Shown here: positions 10,462 through 20,251 of the stretch, in pieces
Numbering within the stretch: position 1 is the first letter of the stretch
How the letters are laid out: every line of letters begins with the position of its first letter
DNA from: Pyrinomonadaceae bacterium
Lineage (GTDB): Bacteria > Acidobacteriota > Blastocatellia > Pyrinomonadales > Pyrinomonadaceae
Assembly (NCBI GenBank): GCA_046313635.1
Contig: JBKBYA010000009.1
Span: 32,001 to 96,000, forward strand
Direction: 5' to 3'
Length of the DNA: 64,000 bases
Translations under genes and position numbers: made by a program
Notes under the pieces: model-generated
Told to the model about the DNA's origin: nothing
The model's input: only the letters and a program-made list of their open reading frames with translations
Databases searched by the model: none

Positions 10462-11712
10462 CTAGACTGCCGCGACAAATTGACTCACTCCGCTCACAAG
10501 GCGGTCCACCTCGTCGCTTGTCGTATAGACCGAGCACCCTGCACGAACAAACCCCTGCTTCGCCGCGCCGAATCTCTCGAGAACGGTGGCCGCATAAAAA
10601 TTCCCGTGCGACACAAAAACGCCGCGTTCGGCGAGGAAGCGGCTCACGTCGCTCGACGCGTGATCGCCGACAGTAAAGGATACGAGCGAGGTCCGCAGAG
10701 TGTCCCAATGCGGGCCGTAGAGACGCACGCCGTCGATCGCCGAGAGGCCTTTCCACAGGCGCTCGGTGAGAGCGATGTCACGATGGTGCATCGCGGCAAA
10801 GGCGTTCGCGATCCGCTCGCGGCGCGATCCGTCAGGGCCGCCGAGCGAGGCGATAAAGTCGACGGCCGCGGCGGCCCCGACGATCGCTTCGTGACTGAGC
10901 GTGCCGGTCTCGGCGCGTTCCGGCGCGTTGTCGGGCGCGGGCCGCAGCTTTGGAAAGTCGATCGTCTCGAGCAACTCCCTACGGCCGTACATAATGCCGA
11001 TGTGCGGCCCGTAAAATTTGTAGGCCGAGCAGGCGAGAAAGTCGCAGCCCAGGTCTTTCACGTCGATCAGGTTGTGCGGCGCGAAATGCACCGCGTCGAC
11101 AAAGACGAGTGCCCGCGGCGCGTGCTCGCGAACGATCTCGACGACCTGCTTTACATCGGTGATCGTGCCGATGGCATTCGACGCCGCGCCGACGGCGACA
11201 AGTCTCGTGCGCTCATTCAGCAGTGTGGGAAGCTTGTCGAGCTCGAGCCGGCAGGTCTCGGTGCTCATCGGCAAGGTGACGAGCCTCATGCCGCGGTCCT
11301 TTACGAGCGAGGCCCACGTGTCGACATTTGCGTGGTGATCGAGCTCGGTAACGACGATCTCGTCGCCCCCCTCAAATCGCCGCCCGAGAGAGCGTGCGAG
11401 ATGAAACGCGAGCGTCGTCATATTTTGCCCAAATACGACCTCGTCCGCCGCGCAGTTAAAAAAGTCGGCAAAGGCCGCGCGCGACTCCGCGATCAAACGG
11501 TCGGTCTCGTCACTTGTCGGGTAGCCCCAATGCGTGTTGGCGTTGTGGTTAAAGAGATAGTCGTTCATCAGCTCGACAACGACGCGCGGCACCTGCGTGC
11601 CGCCGGGCCCGTCAAAGTACGCGACCGGTGAGCCGTTGTGCACGCGCCGAAGCGCCGGAAAGTGCGAGCGGATCTCTTCTGTCGAGATCGATGTGTCTGG
11701 TCGCGGCTGCAT
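10462..11712 (-). CDS. Cysteine desulfurase-like aminotransferase class V (VC1184-type)
   Basis: YFDGPGGTQVP, LDHHANV, VDAVH, CSAYKFYGPH, ETGT motifs. Confidence 0.9.
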   Translation of the reverse strand: MQPRPDTSISTEEIRSHFPALRRVHNGSPVAYFDGPGGTQVPRVVVELMNDYLFNHNANTHWGYPTSDETDRLIAESRAAFADFFNCAADEVVFGQNMTTLAFHLARSLGRRFEGGDEIVVTELDHHANVDTWASLVKDRGMRLVTLPMSTETCRLELDKLPTLLNERTRLVAVGAASNAIGTITDVKQVVEIVREHAPRALVFVDAVHFAPHNLIDVKDLGCDFLACSAYKFYGPHIGIMYGRRELLETIDFPKLRPAPDNAPERAETGTLSHEAIVGAAAAVDFIASLGGPDGSRRERIANAFAAMHHRDIALTERLWKGLSAIDGVRLYGPHWDTLRTSLVSFTVGDHASSDVSRFLAERGVFVSHGNFYAATVLERFGAAKQGFVRAGCSVYTTSDEVDRLVSGVSQFVAAV

Positions 11713-11750
11713 AAAAATGGGTAAAGCGAACGCTTACGATCACTTTACCC
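11713..11750 (-). terminator. Terminator-like hairpin whose U-tract abuts the downstream ATG
   Basis: Minus strand gggtaaagtga-N10-tcgctttaccc-attttt-ATG. Confidence 0.5.
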
Positions 11751-11781
11751 GAATGGAGGTGCGCCTGAAAAAGGTGCGGCG

Positions 11782-12783
11782 TTACGCCGATGCCGAGACG
11801 CCGCGCGGGGCGATCGAGATCGAGATCTCGTCGGCCTCGGAGGCGCCCTCATCCGTCCCGCTCTGGATGGTCACGAGCGCGACCGACGCGACGACAAATC
11901 CCGCGCCGACGATCATCTGTCCCGTCAGCGTCTCGCCGGCGACGAGCCAGCCGAGGATCACCGCGACGACCGGATTGACGTAGGCGTACGTCGCCACCAT
12001 CGACGGCCGCGCGTTCTTGAGCAGCCAGCTGTACGCCGTAAAGCCGATCAGCGAGCCAAAGATGAGCAGGTAAACAAGCGCGAACCACGAGTTGGCCGAC
12101 ACCTGCTCGAGAGAGAAGCCCGACCATTCGCCCTTCGGCACGCTCGCGAGCATCAGTACCGCTCCGCCAGAGAGCATCTGCATCCCGGCCGTAAGCAGCG
12201 ACGACTTGGGCACAGGCGCCTTGAGGCCGTAGATCGAGCCCGCGGCCCACGACAGCGTCGCGATCATGATCGCCAAGACCGCAGCGTACTGATAGAAGGT
12301 CCCGGCCTCCGCGTGGCCGCCGGCCTGCCCGCCGACGAGCAGGACAACGCCGATAAATCCGATCGCCAGTCCGGCGACGACGCGGCGCGACGGCCGGCCG
12401 TGCCGCAGCCACAGCCAGCTCAGAATGACGATCCAAAACGGCTCGGTCGCGACAAGCAGCGCCGCGAGACTTGACGAAATATACTTTTCGGCAAAGACGA
12501 CTCCGCCGTTGCCGCCGAGCAGCAGCAGCGTGCCGACGATCAGGCTCGTCCGCCATTGCCGCCACGTCGGCATCTCAAAGTCCTTTGACCTGAGCGCGAT
12601 GAGAAACAGCACGGCGCCCGCAAACGTAAAGCGCATTCCAGCCATGATGAATGGCGGCAGCGTCTCGATCGCGTACTTGATCGCGAGATACGTCGAGCCC
12701 CAAAAAATGTAAACGGCCGCGAAGGCCGCGATCAGGACCGCAAGACTGCGGCGGTCCGTGGCTTTCAATGTTCCCAAGCTCAT
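11782..12783 (-). CDS. EamA/DMT family transporter (YedA-like)
   Basis: WGSTYLAIK, YAYVNPVVAV, about 10 hydrophobic segments. Confidence 0.9.
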   Translation of the reverse strand: MSLGTLKATDRRSLAVLIAAFAAVYIFWGSTYLAIKYAIETLPPFIMAGMRFTFAGAVLFLIALRSKDFEMPTWRQWRTSLIVGTLLLLGGNGGVVFAEKYISSSLAALLVATEPFWIVILSWLWLRHGRPSRRVVAGLAIGFIGVVLLVGGQAGGHAEAGTFYQYAAVLAIMIATLSWAAGSIYGLKAPVPKSSLLTAGMQMLSGGAVLMLASVPKGEWSGFSLEQVSANSWFALVYLLIFGSLIGFTAYSWLLKNARPSMVATYAYVNPVVAVILGWLVAGETLTGQMIVGAGFVVASVALVTIQSGTDEGASEADEISISIAPRGVSASA

Positions 12784-12784
12784 C

Positions 12785-13294
12785 TCACTTACCTCTGCCC
12801 TTGGCCTTTACTTTCTTTTTGCCGCGGCCGTCGTCGATCGGAACGAGCGTTCCTTCTTTAAATGTCTTGAGCACGACCGTCGTCCTTGTATTCAGCACGT
12901 TCGGTATCGCTTTGATGCGCTCTCTCAGCAGCCGGCCGAGCGAGTCGGTGTCGCACGTTCGGACCTTGATATAAAAGCAATCGTCGCCCGCCACCTCGTG
13001 CACCTCCTGCACCTCGTCGATCGCGGCGAGCTGCTCGCCCACGCCCTCGCCGCACTCGCTCGTTCGGACGGCGATCAGCGCCGTCAGTCCGAGGTCGAGC
13101 GAACGTGCGTCGATGTCGGCCGAGTAGCCGCGGATGACGCCGCGCTCCTCGAGCTTTCTGATCCGCTCGAGCACGGCCGACGGGGCCAGGCCGACCTGCC
13201 GGGCGATCTCGGCGTTGGCCGTCCGCCCGTCGTGCTGAAGGATGTTTAGGATCGTCCTGTCCGTTGCGTCAATCATTCGGTTATACTCGACCAT
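12785..13294 (-). CDS. Lrp/AsnC family transcriptional regulator
   Basis: D..D..IL..LQ.DGR..AEIA..VGL....ERI.KLE..GVI.GY helix-turn-helix; start may be 13276. Confidence 0.92.
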   Translation of the reverse strand: MVEYNRMIDATDRTILNILQHDGRTANAEIARQVGLAPSAVLERIRKLEERGVIRGYSADIDARSLDLGLTALIAVRTSECGEGVGEQLAAIDEVQEVHEVAGDDCFYIKVRTCDTDSLGRLLRERIKAIPNVLNTRTTVVLKTFKEGTLVPIDDGRGKKKVKAKGRGK

Positions 13295-13402
13295 GACAGA
13301 ATAAACGTCAGATATCTGGTTGTCAATAAGAATTTTCGTCGGCCGTTCGACGCTCTCGGCGGACTAGGCCGCCCGGTGCTTTCGGCGTTATCATCACCGT
13401 AT

Positions 13403-15124
13403 ATGAACGCGGTTTTGTCCGGTCAAATGGTTCACGACGAGCTCGGCGAGATCGTCTCGTACGATCCCGCGACAGGCGTCGAGATCGGCCGCGTGCCGCA
13501 GACGTCGGCCGAAGATGTGCGTGCCGCCGTCGAGCGTTCGCGCGAGGTCTTTGCCGTTTGGAAGACGACGAGCTTTGCCGACCGCCGCCGCCTCGTGATG
13601 CGTGCGCGCGAGGTGATACTGGCCCAGCTCGACGACATCGCTCGTTTGATCTCGGCCGAATCGGGCAAGCCCTTGGGCGAGGCGATCGCGATGGAGATCG
13701 CTCCGGTGCTCGACCTGATGCAGCACTTCGCGCGGCGGAGCGAGCGGCTTCTGCGGCCGCGGCGGCGCGGCATCGGGCTCTACTCGACGCTCGGCCGCTC
13801 GTCAAAGATCGTCTACCAGCCGCTCGGCGTCGTCGCGATCATCCCGGCGTGGAACTACCCTTTCTCGATCCCGCTCGGCGAAGCGGCGATGGCGCTGATG
13901 GCCGGCAATTCGGTCGTCATCAAGCCGTCAGAGCTGACGCCGCTCGTCGGCCTTTTGATCGGCGAGATCTTTGCAAAGGCAGGAGCACCCGATGATCTGG
14001 TGCAGATCGTCACCGGCGACGGCCGCGCAGGCGCGGCGCTCGTCGACGCGGCGCCCGACAAGATCATGTTCACCGGCTCGGTCGCGACCGGCAAAAAGAT
14101 CGCCGAGGCCGCGGCAAAGAACCTCACGCCCGTCGTGCTCGAGCTCGGCGGCAAGGACGCGATGATCGTCTTTGAAGACGCAAATCTCGAGCTCGCGGCC
14201 GACGCCGCCGTGTGGGGCGCGTTCTGCAACGCCGGGCAGTCGTGCTCGTCGGTCGAGCGGCTCTACGTGCAGGAGTCTGTCGCCGAAAAACTCACTTCGC
14301 TCATCGTCGAAAAAACAAAGCGTCTCACCATCGGCCGCGGCGACCGCGAGGACGTCTCGATCGGCGCGATGTCGTCCGAACGGCAGATAAAGATCGTCGA
14401 GGACCACGTCGAGGACTTTCGCCGCGCGGGAGCGAAAATTCTCACCGGCGGAAAAAGGAACGCGGACGCCCTCGTCCGCATGAGTGCGGAGCACGAAGTC
14501 GGCGGCGGCGGGGAAGCGAGCGGATCAGGGGACGAGACTTCGCGTCCGAAGACGGACGCTCATGCGGACGGGGGCGTCCGCGTTCCTTCATTGTTCTACG
14601 AGCCGACGGTGATCGCAGGAGCGACGAACGAGATGCGCGCGATGCGCGAGGAGACGTTTGGGCCGACGCTGCCGATCGCCACATTCAAGACCGAGGACGA
14701 GGCGATCGCGCTGGCGAACGACTCGGAATTTGGCCTCACCGCAAGCGTCTGGACGCGTGACATCGCGAGAGGCGAGCGAGTCGCCCGGCGGATCGAGGCC
14801 GGCTCGGTCTGCGTCAACGAGGTCCTCTACACCCACGGCATCGGCCAGACGCCGTGGGGCGGATTCAAAAATTCGGGCCGCGGCCGCACGCACGGCGTCG
14901 AGGGCCTGATGGAGCTCGTCCAGCCGCAGCACATCCACGTCAATCGCCTCGCTGTCTTGCCGAATGCGTGGTGGATGCCCTACTCTGCGACGGCCGTCGA
15001 AACGTTTCGCGGTTTTGCGCGTCACTTTGCGACGGGCTCTCTGCGGCGGACGTCGCTTCTATTGCCGCAGCTGGCGCGGCGCATCAATGAGTTGAGAAAG
15101 AATTCAAGATCGGATCGACGCTGA
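13403..15124 (+). CDS. Aldehyde dehydrogenase family protein carrying an in-frame palindromic insertion
   Basis: PAWNYP, KPSELTP, FTGS, LELGGKD, NAGQSCS, EETFGP; TATCAT 8 nt before ATG 13403. Confidence 0.92.
   Translation: MNAVLSGQMVHDELGEIVSYDPATGVEIGRVPQTSAEDVRAAVERSREVFAVWKTTSFADRRRLVMRAREVILAQLDDIARLISAESGKPLGEAIAMEIAPVLDLMQHFARRSERLLRPRRRGIGLYSTLGRSSKIVYQPLGVVAIIPAWNYPFSIPLGEAAMALMAGNSVVIKPSELTPLVGLLIGEIFAKAGAPDDLVQIVTGDGRAGAALVDAAPDKIMFTGSVATGKKIAEAAAKNLTPVVLELGGKDAMIVFEDANLELAADAAVWGAFCNAGQSCSSVERLYVQESVAEKLTSLIVEKTKRLTIGRGDREDVSIGAMSSERQIKIVEDHVEDFRRAGAKILTGGKRNADALVRMSAEHEVGGGGEASGSGDETSRPKTDAHADGGVRVPSLFYEPTVIAGATNEMRAMREETFGPTLPIATFKTEDEAIALANDSEFGLTASVWTRDIARGERVARRIEAGSVCVNEVLYTHGIGQTPWGGFKNSGRGRTHGVEGLMELVQPQHIHVNRLAVLPNAWWMPYSATAVETFRGFARHFATGSLRRTSLLLPQLARRINELRKNSRSDRR
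14457..14586. repeat. REP-like palindromic element inside the ALDH coding sequence
   Basis: 28-bp inverted arms ggaacgcggacgccctcgtccgcatgag / ctcatgcggacgggggcgtccgcgttcc, 1 mismatch. Confidence 0.85.
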
Positions 15125-15138
15125 GAGAGAAAAAACAG

Positions 15139-15558
15139 TCACTCGGCCGAGACAGATTCCGTTTGCTGCTCGACGGCAGAATTCTCCGGCCGGTAGGTCG
15201 GCACAAAGCGCAGCAAAAAGATGCTCACGCCCGACGCCACTAAAAAGAGGACCAACCGCACCGCGATCGACTCGACAAGCCATATCGAGACCGCGATCGT
15301 CGTCCACAGCACTGCGAGCGCCCGCGTCTTGTGCTTGAGCGTCATTCCGCGGCCCTCTCGATAGTTGCGGATGTACTCGCCAAAGACGCGGTTATCGAGC
15401 AGCCAGCCGTAAAAGCGTTCGTCGCTGCGCGAGTAAAAGTAGGCCGCCGCGAGCAGAAAGACCGTCGTCGGCATCAAAGGCAAAAAGATCCCGACGACGC
15501 CGAGGCCGACGCACATCGTGCCGAGCGTGATGAACGTAGCTTTTTTGACCCTGTTCAT
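15139..15558 (-). CDS. YbaN (DUF454) family inner membrane protein
   Basis: GIFLPLMPTTVFLLAAAYFYSRS...F..WLL...FG.YI motif. Confidence 0.9.
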   Translation of the reverse strand: MNRVKKATFITLGTMCVGLGVVGIFLPLMPTTVFLLAAAYFYSRSDERFYGWLLDNRVFGEYIRNYREGRGMTLKHKTRALAVLWTTIAVSIWLVESIAVRLVLFLVASGVSIFLLRFVPTYRPENSAVEQQTESVSAE

Positions 15559-15657
15559 TTGTCGAGACCGCAGACCAGAAGACAGATTGTACCAACCAAA
15601 TCCCGGCTAGACAGTTCAACGAGGCGCATCTCGATAAGTTTCCCGTAAAATAGGCCC

Positions 15658-16437
15658 ATGCGATCACAAATGCCGGCGATCTTTTTCGGCCACGGCAATC
15701 CGATGAATGCGCTTGCCGACAACGAATGGACGCGCGGGTGGGCCGAGATCGGGCGTTCGATGCCGCGGCCGCGAGCGATACTGTGCGTCTCGGCGCACTG
15801 GTACATTCCGGGCGTCGCGGTCACGGCGATGGAGCGGCCGCGGACGATACACGATTTTGGCGGATTTCCGCGAGAGCTTTTCGAGGTCGAATATCCCGCG
15901 CCGGGCTCGCCCGAATTGGCGGCCCGAGTGGTCGAGCTTTTGGGCGGCGACGTCGTCGCCGACGACGGCCGCTGGGGCCTCGATCACGGGACGTGGGCCG
16001 TGCTCTGTCACGTCTATCCCGAGGCCGACATTCCGGTCGTGCAGCTCAGCATCGACGAGACGAAGACCGCCGAGTGGCATTACCGGTTTGCAAAGCGACT
16101 CGCTCCGCTCCGCGACGAGGGCGTGCTCGTGGTGGGGAGCGGCGACATCGTTCACAATCTTCATACGTACGCCTGGGGACGCGACGACGTGGAGCCTCTT
16201 GAATGGGCGGTGCGATTTGAGACGCTCGCCCGCGAGCTGATCGAGCGCGGCGAGCACGGGCCGCTCGTCGAATACGAATCGCTCGGCCGCGAGGCTCGGC
16301 TCTCGATACCGACGCCCGATCATTACCTGCCGCTGCTCTACGTGCTCGCGCTGCAGCGCGAGGGCGACGACATAAGTTTTCCGGTCGAGGGCTTTGACGG
16401 CGGATCGGTCTCGATGCTGAGCGTCAGGATCGGGTGA
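15658..16437 (+). CDS. ygiD: 4,5-DOPA extradiol dioxygenase (LigB family)
   Basis: GHGNPMNA, SAHW, IHDFGGFP, GLDHG, HNL, PTPDHYLPL motifs. Confidence 0.9.
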   Translation: MRSQMPAIFFGHGNPMNALADNEWTRGWAEIGRSMPRPRAILCVSAHWYIPGVAVTAMERPRTIHDFGGFPRELFEVEYPAPGSPELAARVVELLGGDVVADDGRWGLDHGTWAVLCHVYPEADIPVVQLSIDETKTAEWHYRFAKRLAPLRDEGVLVVGSGDIVHNLHTYAWGRDDVEPLEWAVRFETLARELIERGEHGPLVEYESLGREARLSIPTPDHYLPLLYVLALQREGDDISFPVEGFDGGSVSMLSVRIG

Positions 16438-16470
16438 AGTGCGAATGCTCGGCGCCCTGTTTGATCACAA

Positions 16471-17148
16471 ATGACCGCAAATTTACCGACACCAAAATTC
16501 ATCCCGCTCGACTTCACGCTTTTGACGCCCGACGACCAGCTGCGCCGGGCTGACGCGTTTCTCGATCTGATGACGCGCCGCCGCACGGTGCGTGAATATT
16601 CCGGCCGCGATGTGCCGATCGAGCTGATCGAACGCGCGATCGCGACCGCCGGCACCGCGCCGTCGGGCGCGAACATGCAGCCGTGGCGATTCGTCGTCGT
16701 GCGCGACGCGGAGGTCAAAAAGAAGATCCGCGAGGCCGCCGAGCGCGAAGAGTACGAGAGCTATCACGGGCGTATGAGCGAGAAGTGGCTGCGGCGCCTC
16801 GCGGTGCTCGGCACCGACGAGCACAAGCCGTTCCTCGAGATCGCGCCTTATCTGATCGTCGTCTTCAGGATCAATTCGGTCATCGACGAAGACGGTGAGA
16901 CCGAGCCGACGTATTACTCGCAGGAGTCGGTCGGCATCGCCGTCGGTCTGCTGCTTGCGTCGCTGCACAACGCCGGCCTCGCGACGCTCACGCACACGCC
17001 GTCGCCGATGAGATTCCTGCAGGAGATACTCGGCCGTCCGAAGAACGAAGTGCCCTTCGTGCTGATACCGGTCGGCTACCCGGCCGACGGCGCCGAGGTG
17101 CCCGACATCGGCCGCAAGCCGCTGGCTGAAATAATGGAGATCGTTTGA
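16471..17148 (+). CDS. Nitroreductase superfamily, iodotyrosine deiodinase-like
   Basis: RRRTVR, APSGANMQPW, E...Y...M...W...L..LGT..HKPFLE.AP, THTPSPM. Confidence 0.8.
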   Translation: MTANLPTPKFIPLDFTLLTPDDQLRRADAFLDLMTRRRTVREYSGRDVPIELIERAIATAGTAPSGANMQPWRFVVVRDAEVKKKIREAAEREEYESYHGRMSEKWLRRLAVLGTDEHKPFLEIAPYLIVVFRINSVIDEDGETEPTYYSQESVGIAVGLLLASLHNAGLATLTHTPSPMRFLQEILGRPKNEVPFVLIPVGYPADGAEVPDIGRKPLAEIMEIV

Positions 17149-17218
17149 ACTCGATAATAGTTCGTGGTACCGAGGAAGTTCGAGCAGTGTCGTTAACAGT
17201 CGCGCCGGTTTGTTCTAA

Positions 17219-17373
17219 AGCATAGCCACACACTTTAGGGCGTGGTCGACGGCGTACGTATCGTTCCCAGCGCGTTTCAACGGGTTTACGAGCCCGCCGT
17301 GTACGAAGGGCGTTGAAACGCCCTTTGATCTCTTTGCGCTGCCCCGACCCCGCCGTGAACGGCGGGGCTATGC
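17219..17373. repeat. Degenerate composite REP-like palindrome
   Basis: Outer arms agcatagcc...ggtcg / cgacc...ggctatgct; inner gcgtttcaacg/cgttgaaacgc; right arm holds the hairpin ccccgccgtgaacggcgggg. Confidence 0.6.
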
Positions 17374-17429
17374 TAAGACAAGCTCGACCGCCGATGATGA
17401 ACAGCGATAAGCGTCAGCTCCGGCCAGAT

Positions 17430-17494
17430 CCAAAAACCAAAAACCAAAAACAAAAAACAAAAAACAAAAGAGGCCGCCCTTTCAGACAGCCTCT
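17430..17494 (-). terminator. Terminator of the metalloprotease gene followed by a C(C/A)AAAAA heptamer array
   Basis: Minus strand agaggctgtc-tgaaag-ggcggcctct, then six T-rich heptamer units. Confidence 0.65.
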
Positions 17495-17515
17495 CATTCA
17501 TTGACGATGACAGTT

Positions 17516-20137
17516 CTAGGGCTTGACCTCGTAGTCCGGCCAGCACGATGTCGGGTTGAGGTACTGGTAGAGCAGCTCGAGGGCCTGTCGGTTGACCGTG
17601 CTGGCCGCGGCATTCGGCCCGGCCTTTTCAGGGTCGAGTATCCGCGCGATCTGATCGCGGACGGCGGCCAGATGGACCCGTGTCGGCTTATCGCTCGATC
17701 GAGCGATCGAACGCGCGATCGACGCGTCGAGCGTCTTTAGCTCTGCTCGATAGAACGCCTTTTCGTCGCCGCTCGAGATGAACATCGCCGCCAGCTCCGC
17801 CGGAAATCCCGCCGGCAGCGTCGGCGCCGCCCCGTTGAGTTTGTTGTTGGCGATGTCGAGGTACGAACGCTGCAGATTACGCCGGTACGCGTCGATCGAA
17901 ACGCTCGGCGACTCGAGCTCGGTCCACACGCCGCGTCTCACGTCGGCCAGAAAGTCCGCAGCCGGATACGCTGCGTTCCCGTCCAACGCGTTCTGCTCGA
18001 TCAGCCGCGCAAATCGCGAGCTCGACAACAGGTTGTTGAGGATGCTCGTCTGCGCGTTGCGGACGCGGTTGAGCGCTCCGACCGCCTCGATGCGGCGAAG
18101 GATCTCTTTATCGATCGCCCAAGTCGGCGTGGCAAAGGCGTTCTCGCCGAGGAATCGCACGGCCTCGGCCTGACGCGCCCGCGGGATTAGCGTGAACCGC
18201 ACGCCGCTCTGCCCGATGTGCTTCTGCTGCGAGTTAAATCCGCCGACGATCGCGGCGACGTGATTCATCTCTAGCGTCCACTGCCCGAGCATTCGGCCGT
18301 AGAGTTCCTGGAGATCGTCGTACGGCAGACCTTTTTCGTTGGTCGTCGCGGGCACGAGCATCTTGGCGACGCGCTTGAGATTGAGCAGGCCGAGCGCGGT
18401 CGACTTGACGGCATCGGCATCGCCGACGGCCTCGGTCAGCTCGCCGGGGTCGGCGCCCGCCGAGCCGTCCGTCGAGAAGCGATACCAAGGCGTGGTGTCC
18501 TGCTCGCGGGCCCACGCGTCGAGCGTCGCGCGCTCGGCATCGGGCGTACGAGCGTTCTCGATCGGCTTGTAGCCCCACGCCGTCGCCCAGATGTCGTACG
18601 GTCCGATGCCGGGAATGAGGTCTTTGGGGTCGACGTTGTCCTCGGGCTGCACGACGTAATTGAACCGCGAGTAGTCCATCAGCGTCGGCGTGTGGCCCAT
18701 CTTTTTAAGCCATGCGGCGTCGCGGATCTTTTCCTGCGGGTACATCGAGCTCGCCTTCATATTGTGCTGGAAGCCGAGCGTGTGGCCTACCTCGTGTGCG
18801 ACGACGTACTCGACCAACTCGCCCATCAGATCGTCGGGCATCGGCAGCTTTGCGACGCGCTTGTCGAGCGGGCCGACCTGCAGGAAGTACCAGGCTCGCT
18901 GCAGGTTCATGATGTTGTGATACATCTGAATGTCGGACTCGAGGATCTCGCCGGTGCGCGGGTCGTTGATGTGCGGGCCCGAAGCGTTCTCGATCGTCGA
19001 CGGCAGCCAGCGTATCACCGAGTAGCGTGCGTCCTCGGGGCTGAAGTCCGGATCCTGCTTCGCGGTCGGGGCCATCTTTGCGACGATGGCGTTCTTAAAG
19101 CCCGCGGCCTCAAACGCCTTTTGCCACTTTTCGACGCCGCGTTTGACGTACGGCACGAGCCAGGTCGGCGTTGCCGGATCGACGTAGTACGTGATCGGCT
19201 TTACCGGCTCGGACAGCTCTGCATTCGGATCTTTTTTCTCGAGACGCCAGCGCGTGATGTAGCGGCGCTCGGTCGCCTTTTGCTCCGGGCGGCCGTAGTC
19301 CATCTGCGCGACCGAAAAATACCCGACACGCTCGTCAAACAGACGCGGCATCATCGGATCCTCGGGCAGCTTGACCATGCTGTGGTGGAGCACGACCGTC
19401 GCGCTGCCGGGATTCATTCCCGCCGGGCCGAAGGGGCTCGTCGGGCCGCTCGGAGCGCCGGCCGGCGAGACCATCCGCGTGTAGGTGTGCGTCGCCTCGG
19501 CCTCGATATTCTCGGGGAAAGGCGAGATGCGCTCGATGAACGAGCGGGTCGCGTCGAGCGTCGTCGCGTTGAGCCGCTGCCGTGCGCTGAACTCAAAAAT
19601 GTCGGTCGTAAAGAGCCTCGTCACCTCGATCACGGCGGAGTCGTTCGGCCCCCAGGCGGCGACCGGGAAAGACATCAGGATCGTGTCGTTGTTTGCGGCC
19701 TGCACGGCCTGCGAGATCGGCAGCCGCGGGTCGGCGACGACGCTGTAATTCACGTTTCGCAGATTTATGCGGTTGTCGCTGCGCTCCCAGCGTACGACGC
19801 GCCGGCCGAGCGCCTGCCCGCCGTAGCCGACGCCGAGCGTTGTGCGCGCGATCTGCGTCACCCAGAGAAACTGCTTGTCGAGCTCGCCCTTGGGTATCTC
19901 GTAATAGTACTTGTCCTTGACCTTGTGGACGGTAAAGATGCCGGGCTTTGACTTGGCGTCCTTGGTGATGACCTTGTCGTAGGGCTGCGGGTCCTGCGAT
20001 GGCGGCGTAAGTCCCGGCCGCGGGCCGGCCGCTCCGGGTGTTTCCTGCGGTGTCGGCGGGTCTTGCCCAAAGGCCGCGACCGACACGGTTAAGACGACGA
20101 GAAGCAGCAGCACGGCCGCCTTCGCAAACCTGATCAT
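17516..20137 (-). CDS. Exported zinc-dependent metalloprotease (DUF4953/DUF5117/DUF5118 type)
   Basis: Signal peptide [25 protein letters not shown] zinc motif; Met-turn [11 protein letters not shown]. Confidence 0.88.
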   Translation of the reverse strand: MIRFAKAAVLLLLVVLTVSVAAFGQDPPTPQETPGAAGPRPGLTPPSQDPQPYDKVITKDAKSKPGIFTVHKVKDKYYYEIPKGELDKQFLWVTQIARTTLGVGYGGQALGRRVVRWERSDNRINLRNVNYSVVADPRLPISQAVQAANNDTILMSFPVAAWGPNDSAVIEVTRLFTTDIFEFSARQRLNATTLDATRSFIERISPFPENIEAEATHTYTRMVSPAGAPSGPTSPFGPAGMNPGSATVVLHHSMVKLPEDPMMPRLFDERVGYFSVAQMDYGRPEQKATERRYITRWRLEKKDPNAELSEPVKPITYYVDPATPTWLVPYVKRGVEKWQKAFEAAGFKNAIVAKMAPTAKQDPDFSPEDARYSVIRWLPSTIENASGPHINDPRTGEILESDIQMYHNIMNLQRAWYFLQVGPLDKRVAKLPMPDDLMGELVEYVVAHEVGHTLGFQHNMKASSMYPQEKIRDAAWLKKMGHTPTLMDYSRFNYVVQPEDNVDPKDLIPGIGPYDIWATAWGYKPIENARTPDAERATLDAWAREQDTTPWYRFSTDGSAGADPGELTEAVGDADAVKSTALGLLNLKRVAKMLVPATTNEKGLPYDDLQELYGRMLGQWTLEMNHVAAIVGGFNSQQKHIGQSGVRFTLIPRARQAEAVRFLGENAFATPTWAIDKEILRRIEAVGALNRVRNAQTSILNNLLSSSRFARLIEQNALDGNAAYPAADFLADVRRGVWTELESPSVSIDAYRRNLQRSYLDIANNKLNGAAPTLPAGFPAELAAMFISSGDEKAFYRAELKTLDASIARSIARSSDKPTRVHLAAVRDQIARILDPEKAGPNAAASTVNRQALELLYQYLNPTSCWPDYEVKP

Positions 20138-20251
20138 TCTAAGAGTCCTCCTAACGGATAAAATGGCGTTGAATTTTTGCCGACGATCTCGGCCCCGGTG
20201 AATGTGCGGCAATGATACTCTTCTCCCGCAAATTCGAAAAGTAAAGAATTG

